From the NCBI GenBank assembly GCA_963836205.1, contig CAWIIV010000006.1, positions 608,001 to 672,000 of the forward strand: 64,000 bases of DNA, given 5' to 3'. The stretch's first letter is position 1. Each line of letters begins with the position of its first letter. The notes below the pieces were generated by a model. It did not search any database and had not been told where the DNA came from. It saw nothing but the letters and a program-made list of their open reading frames with translations. The DNA is from an uncultured Acidimicrobiia bacterium. GTDB lineage: Bacteria > Actinomycetota > Acidimicrobiia > Acidimicrobiales > AC-14. This document shows, one piece after another, positions 58,867 to 64,000 of this stretch. A program made the position numbers and the translations under genes.

Positions 58867-60696
58867 GTGCCGACGCCGGGGTCGAGGCCCGTGGCCGTGC
58901 TGTTCTGCGACGGCGACCCGGGGGCGTGGCTGCCGACGGTCGCCGCCCTGGGTCGGGCCGCGCCCGGCGTGCCAATCGTGGTGGCGGGGCCCGACCCGGC
59001 CGCCCTGGCCCCCCTCGTGGCCGCGGGGGCGACGGCGACGACGGCCACGTCGCTGGCGGCGGCAGTCAACCAGGCATGGCCGGCGCATGTGGTCGCGGTG
59101 ATGGCGCCCGTCACCCTTCCCGACGATCCCTTCACTCCCGCCCTCGCCATCGTCGACGGCGACCGGCGGGTGGCGACGGTCGGGTTCCTGGCCGACGTGG
59201 GCGACGACGACGGGCTCGTGACCCGACGGTTGCGCGCCACCGGATCGCCCCGCCCGGAGCCGGCACCGGTGCCCTACGCCACCGGGCCGGTGGTCGTGCT
59301 CTCCCGGCACGCCTTCTCCGCCGTCGGGCCGCTGCTCGAGGCGGGCCCGGCGGAGGCGGTGGCCGACTTCTCCCTCCGCGCCCGGCGCCGGGGCTTCCTC
59401 GACGTGGTCGACCCGTCGACCCAGGTCACCGGCCCCCCGACCCCTCCCGACCGGCGGTGGCTGCTCGAACGCCACCCGTTCGTGGCCGCCCTCCTCGACC
59501 ACGACGACGACGGCCCCGGCGCGGCCGGCGAATCGCCGATTGCCGTCGTCCGCTCGGCCGCCCGGGCCCGGGCCCGTGGCCTGCGCATCCTGGTGGACGG
59601 GTCGTGGCTGGGCTCGTGGGAGATGGGCACCCAGGTCCAGGCGGTGGCGATGGTGCAGGCCCTCGCCCGCCGCCCCGACGTGGCCCAGGTCACCATGGCC
59701 CTGCCCGCTGTCCTCCCGGCCGCCGCCCGGGCCCTCCTCGACGGACCAAAGGTCGACGCCCGGGCCGACACCGGCGGCAACCTGGCCGGCCTGGGCCCGG
59801 CCGACGTCGTCCACCGGCCGTTCCAACCCGATTGGCCCCTCGACATCGGTGCCTGGCGCCGGGAGGCGGCCCGCACCGTCGTCTCCATCCTCGACCTCAT
59901 CGCCTACACCGTGGGGTCGTACCACCCGTCGGGCGGGCACTGGGTGGCCCACCGGCGCACCGTCCGCCAGACCGTCGGCGCGGTCGACGGGGTGGTGGTC
60001 ATCTCCGACGACGTGGCCCTCCAGGTCCGCCGGGAGCGGCTGGCGGTGGAGAACGACCGCCTGTTCGTGGTCGGCCTGGGCACCGACCACCTCCAGTGGG
60101 ACGCCCCCGACTCGAAGCCGGCCGCCCTCGCAGACACCGGCCGGTTCGTCCTCGTCCTGGGCGCCGACTACGCCCACAAGAACCGCGACCTTGCCGTGGG
60201 CGCCCACGCCGACCTTGTCCGCCGGGGCCTCGACGTGGGGCTCGTCCTCGTCGGCCCGTCCGTCCTCCACGGGTCGTCGGCGGTGGCGGAGGCGGCCGCC
60301 GCCGGGCCGACCGTCGGCGCCGGAACCGTCCGCCTGCCCAACGTCCCCGCCGCCGAGCGCAACTGGCTCCTGCGCCACGCCGCCCTCGTCCTGTACCCGA
60401 CCTCGGCCGAGGGCTTCGGCCTCGTCCCCTACGAGGCCGCCCGCCTGGGGACGCCGACGGTGATGGTGCCGGTGGGACCCCTGGTGGACCTGGCCGCCCG
60501 CCTGCCGGTGTCCGCCGCCACGTGGTCGCCTGCGGCCCTCGCCGACGCGGCCGAGGCCCTCCTGTGGGACCCCACCCTGGCCGCAGCCCAGGTGCGGGCC
60601 ACGCTCGCCGCCGGCCGCGACCTCACGTGGGACGCCACCGCGGCCCGCCTGGTCGACGTCTACCGCTCGCTCCTGGCCCGCCCCGCAGTACGTTGA
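58867..60696 (+). CDS. GT4 glycosyltransferase with a degenerate GT2-like N-terminal domain
   Basis: YAHKN and YPTSAEGFGLVPYEAA; the N-terminus retains DFSLRARRRGF. Confidence 0.82.
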   Translation: MPTPGSRPVAVLFCDGDPGAWLPTVAALGRAAPGVPIVVAGPDPAALAPLVAAGATATTATSLAAAVNQAWPAHVVAVMAPVTLPDDPFTPALAIVDGDRRVATVGFLADVGDDDGLVTRRLRATGSPRPEPAPVPYATGPVVVLSRHAFSAVGPLLEAGPAEAVADFSLRARRRGFLDVVDPSTQVTGPPTPPDRRWLLERHPFVAALLDHDDDGPGAAGESPIAVVRSAARARARGLRILVDGSWLGSWEMGTQVQAVAMVQALARRPDVAQVTMALPAVLPAAARALLDGPKVDARADTGGNLAGLGPADVVHRPFQPDWPLDIGAWRREAARTVVSILDLIAYTVGSYHPSGGHWVAHRRTVRQTVGAVDGVVVISDDVALQVRRERLAVENDRLFVVGLGTDHLQWDAPDSKPAALADTGRFVLVLGADYAHKNRDLAVGAHADLVRRGLDVGLVLVGPSVLHGSSAVAEAAAAGPTVGAGTVRLPNVPAAERNWLLRHAALVLYPTSAEGFGLVPYEAARLGTPTVMVPVGPLVDLAARLPVSAATWSPAALADAAEALLWDPTLAAAQVRATLAAGRDLTWDATAARLVDVYRSLLARPAVR

Positions 60697-60700
60697 ACCG

Positions 60701-61801
60701 GTGACCCGCACCCACTCCGACGAGGCCGCCGACCTGGCCGTCCTGGCCGTCACCCCTGGCAGCCGGGTCGTGCTCGTCGGCGGCACGCCCGCCCTCACCG
60801 CCGCCCTCACCGACCGCGGCTGCCACCTCGACGACGAGGGCGACGCCGTCGACGCGGTGGTCGTCCACGGCGGGGCGACGACCGCCGAGGCCCTGGCCGA
60901 CGTCGCCACCCGCCTGGCCGCCGGGGGGCGGGTGGTCGTCACCGCCCCCAACGTCACCCACGGGGCGGTGCGCCTGGCCCTCCTCCAGGGCCGCTTCCCG
61001 TCCGCCGGCGACGGACCCGTGTTCGACCGGGACGCCCTCGACCGGCTCTTCTCCGACGCCGGCCTGGTGGTGCTCGACCGCATCGAGGTCCGCCGCCCCC
61101 TCGACGAAGCCGGGGTCGACGTCGACCCCGACGCCTTCAAGCCCGAACTGCTGGCCGCCATCGACGACGACCTCGACGCCCAGGTGGCCTCGCTCGTGTT
61201 CGTCGGCCGGCGGGCCACCGACGACAGCGTGGCGGTCGTGTCCGGTCCCGACGGGCTCTCGCTCGCCGAGGAGCTGCAGGACCGGCTGCGGCGGGCGGAG
61301 CTCGAGGCGGCCCGAGCGCGGTCCGACGCCGACGCCCGGGGCGAGCGGGTGCGGGAGCTCGAAGAGGCCCTCCGAGCCCGGCTGGCCGAGCTCGACGACC
61401 TCCACGGCGAGCTGGCCCACGCCCGCATGGACCTGGAGCTGAAGGACGCCTACTCGCTGGAGATGCGCACCCTCGCCGACGACCGCGAGATGCAGGCCCA
61501 CCTCACCCGGCTGGAGGCCCAGGCCCTCCAGCGATCGGTCGACCACCTCCAGGCCAACCTGCTGGAGGCCCACGCCCTCCTCGCCAGCCGCACCGGCGAG
61601 CTGGCCGTGGCCCGGGTGGAGATGAACCAGGTGGCCACCGAGCTCGACGCCGTCATCCACCGGGCCAGCTACCAGATCGTCGACGGCACCACCAAGGCGC
61701 TCGAACGGTTCCGGCCCGCGGCCCGCCTGGCGACGGGAGTGGCCCGCCGGCTGGCCCGCCTCGCGGGCCGGGGCCGACCGCCGGCCGCGCCGGGAGCCTG
61801 A
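60701..61801 (+). CDS. Degenerate methyltransferase-like domain with a long coiled coil
   Basis: LAAGGRVVVTAPNVTHGAVRLALLQGRF; SAM motif I eroded (SRVVLVGG); heptad repeats. Confidence 0.72.
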   Translation: MTRTHSDEAADLAVLAVTPGSRVVLVGGTPALTAALTDRGCHLDDEGDAVDAVVVHGGATTAEALADVATRLAAGGRVVVTAPNVTHGAVRLALLQGRFPSAGDGPVFDRDALDRLFSDAGLVVLDRIEVRRPLDEAGVDVDPDAFKPELLAAIDDDLDAQVASLVFVGRRATDDSVAVVSGPDGLSLAEELQDRLRRAELEAARARSDADARGERVRELEEALRARLAELDDLHGELAHARMDLELKDAYSLEMRTLADDREMQAHLTRLEAQALQRSVDHLQANLLEAHALLASRTGELAVARVEMNQVATELDAVIHRASYQIVDGTTKALERFRPAARLATGVARRLARLAGRGRPPAAPGA

Positions 61802-61846
61802 CCCTGGCCGTCCCGTCACTCCGCCAACGCCGGCGACGTCGGCCTG

Positions 61847-63664
61847 GTGACGATGCCGTCGCCCGCCCGGCCCCGGGCGTCGGTGGTGATCCTGGCCTAC
61901 CGCCACGCCCGCCTCGTCCACCGGGGCCTGGCCGCCCTCGCCCGCCACCGCACGCGGGTCGACTACGAGACGGTCATCGTCCTCAACGGCGCCGACGACC
62001 AGGTGTGCGACGTGATCCACCACGGGGTGCGGGGTGCGGTCGTGGTCCGCTCGTCGGTGAACCTGGGCTTCGGCGGGGGCTGCAACCGGGGCGTGCGGGC
62101 GGCCCAGGGCGAGTACATCGTCCTCCTCAACGACGACACCGAGGTGGAGGACGGGTGGCTCGACGCCCTGGTCGACACGGCCGACCGCCATCCGGAGGCG
62201 GGTGCGATCGGCAGCCGGGTACGCGACCCGTACGGGAAGCTGCAGGAGGCGGGCGGGATCCTCTGGCGGGACGGGTCGATCTGGCACGTGGGCCGGCTGG
62301 TGTCGGACACGACCACGCGGTACCGCCACGTGCGGCGGGTGGACTACTGCTCGGCCTGCTCGCTCCTGGTCCGCCGCTCGACGTGGGACTCGGTGGGCGG
62401 CTTCGACGAGGCGTTCTTCCCCGGGTACTACGAGGACCTCGACCTCTGCCTCAACATCGCCGGCCTGGGCCAGACCATCCTCTACCAGCCCCGGGCCCGG
62501 CTCATGCACCACGGCGGGGGCGACGTCGGCAGCCTCGACCTGCGGGTGAAGGCGTTCGTGGCCCGCCGCAGCCGGGACACGTTCCTGGCCAAGTGGGGCG
62601 ACAAGCTGGGCGGGTACCCGTCGCCGCCCGCGGCCACACCTCCCGATCCGCGGGCCATGCCGACCGTCGAGCGGGCCACCGAGGCGGCTCGCCACCTGCC
62701 GCTGCGGGCGCTGGTGATCGACTCGCGGGTCGGTGTGGAGCTGGAGGCCGTGCTCACGGAGATCGCGGGCTCGTCGTCGGGGTATGCGGTGACGCTGGGC
62801 GGGGCCGGGCGGCTGCCGGAGCCGGTGCGCGACCGGCTGGGCGACGCCGGTGTCGACATCGTGCGCGACCTCGACGTCACGTTGGCCGGGGCGGTGGCGT
62901 TCGACGTGGTGGTGATCGCCGGCCGGGCGTTGTGGGACCGGTGGGCCGGCGTGGTGCGGGCGGCGCAGCCCCAGGCGCCGGTGGTGTTCTGGGAGACCGG
63001 GCGTCGGCGACGTTGGTCCACCGGCGGACGCCGACCGGGTCGTGGTCCCGTCGGTTGTGCAGTTACGTCGGTATATCCACCACAACTGCACAACCGATGT
63101 GCTCGAGCCCCGCCGCCCGCCCGCCGACGGCCGTCCCCCGGCTTCGGGACCCGGCGCGACGTGCTCGCGGTCGGGAGCACCTGGCTGGCCGACGAGGTGA
63201 TGCCTCTCATACGGGACGGCGGTGCGCCCGAGGCCCGCCTCCGGGTTGCGGACGGTGTCGACGCCCCGCCGTACGTCGTCGCCGCCACCGCCGACGATCC
63301 CCCGCCGCGGGTGGTCGCCGCCACCGACCTCCTGGCCGCCGTGGCCGCCGTCGCCGACGGAGTCCCCGTCGTGATCACGCCCGACGTGGCCGCCCACCTC
63401 CCCGCCGATCTCGTGGCCGCGGTGGTGGTCGCCGACGACGCCGCCGCCTTCGCCGCCGAGCTGGTCCCCCTCCTCACCGACCGCGCCGCCTGGGAGCGCC
63501 GACGGCGGACGATCGACGACGTCCCCCCGCCCGACCCCGAAACCGCCGGCAGCTGGCCCGCCGTCCTCGACGCCACCCGCCACGCCCGCCTCTCGGCCGC
63601 CGCTCCGTCCGCTGCCGTCCCCGGCCCATCCGCCGCTCGGCCCGCGTCCGCCACCGCTTCCTAA
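61847..63664 (+). CDS. GT2 glycosyltransferase with a degenerate GT4-like C-terminus
   Basis: NLGFGGGCN, LLNDD, LQEAGG, GYYEDLDL. Confidence 0.85.
   Translation: MTMPSPARPRASVVILAYRHARLVHRGLAALARHRTRVDYETVIVLNGADDQVCDVIHHGVRGAVVVRSSVNLGFGGGCNRGVRAAQGEYIVLLNDDTEVEDGWLDALVDTADRHPEAGAIGSRVRDPYGKLQEAGGILWRDGSIWHVGRLVSDTTTRYRHVRRVDYCSACSLLVRRSTWDSVGGFDEAFFPGYYEDLDLCLNIAGLGQTILYQPRARLMHHGGGDVGSLDLRVKAFVARRSRDTFLAKWGDKLGGYPSPPAATPPDPRAMPTVERATEAARHLPLRALVIDSRVGVELEAVLTEIAGSSSGYAVTLGGAGRLPEPVRDRLGDAGVDIVRDLDVTLAGAVAFDVVVIAGRALWDRWAGVVRAAQPQAPVVFWETGRRRRWSTGGRRPGRGPVGCAVTSVYPPQLHNRCARAPPPARRRPSPGFGTRRDVLAVGSTWLADEVMPLIRDGGAPEARLRVADGVDAPPYVVAATADDPPPRVVAATDLLAAVAAVADGVPVVITPDVAAHLPADLVAAVVVADDAAAFAAELVPLLTDRAAWERRRRTIDDVPPPDPETAGSWPAVLDATRHARLSAAAPSAAVPGPSAARPASATAS
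63051..63097. repeat. REP-like palindrome family B, in frame inside the GT2 gene
   Basis: Perfect 14-bp inverted repeat TCGGTTGTGCAGTT / AACTGCACAACCGA with a 19-nt spacer. Confidence 0.88.
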
Positions 63665-63767
63665 CCAGCCGCCGCCCGATAGGTGCCGGCGCCGTCCTCT
63701 TCGCCGCCATCGCTCCGTCCGCTCGAAGCCACCACCCGGTGGCCCCGGCCCCGGCCCCGGCGGGGGC

Positions 63768-63968
63768 GGTCGTCCCGTTGGTTGTGCAGTTACGTCGGTA
63801 TATCCAACGCAACTGCACAACATCGTGCCTCGGTCGGGGGGCGACCTCGCTGGCCGACGAGGTGCTGCCCCTCGTGCGGGAAGGCGGTGCGCCCGAGGCC
63901 CGCCTCTGGGTTGCGGACGGCGTCGACGCCCCGCCGTACCTCGTCGTCGCCACCGCCGATGATCCCCC
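63768..63968 (+). repeat. Degenerate duplicate of part of the preceding gene, including a second family-B palindrome
   Basis: GTTGTGCAGTT...AACTGCACAAC at 63781-63821; 63850-63967 closely matches 63185-63302. Confidence 0.85.
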
Positions 63969-64000
63969 AGCCTGGGCGTTGACGCCATCGCTCCGTCCGT

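Noticed and set aside
60696-60706. AACCGGTGACC resembling a family-A arm
   Set aside because: Only a half-site with no matching inverted arm; it coincides with a normal gene junction.
1-64000. tRNA, rRNA, riboswitches, prophage or integrase genes
   Set aside because: None recognised by eye; a covariance-model scan would be needed to exclude small RNAs.

Overview
High-GC actinobacterial DNA, most likely Acidimicrobiia (inferred from gene content and GC/codon style, not from a marker gene). The window is dominated by a dispersed cell-envelope glycan locus: a Wzx-like flippase, about ten GT2/GT4 glycosyltransferases, rmlA, a Wzm/Wzt exporter, and methyltransferase/coiled-coil proteins. Interspersed are secreted repeat proteins, a Liv-type ABC transporter, an MFS/TetR pair and an SOS-box-controlled DUF222-HNH gene. 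The most notable observations are: (1) a complete IS110 element bounded by CT cores, whose 3' non-coding end folds like a bridge RNA with loop segments matching its own target and donor junctions; (2) a 14-bp repeat forming a chain of three stop/start-overlapping pentapeptide mini-ORFs (KKSP, MKKSQ, MKKSA) inside a DUF2786 / CxxC protein / STAND-like NTPase operon; (3) a membrane-tethered stand-alone copy of the propeptide of the adjacent S8 protease; (4) several families of roughly 47-bp REP-like palindromes, some lying in frame inside genes. Five or six single-base frameshifts look like long-read errors. All family calls come from motif recognition by eye; no database search or folding program was run.
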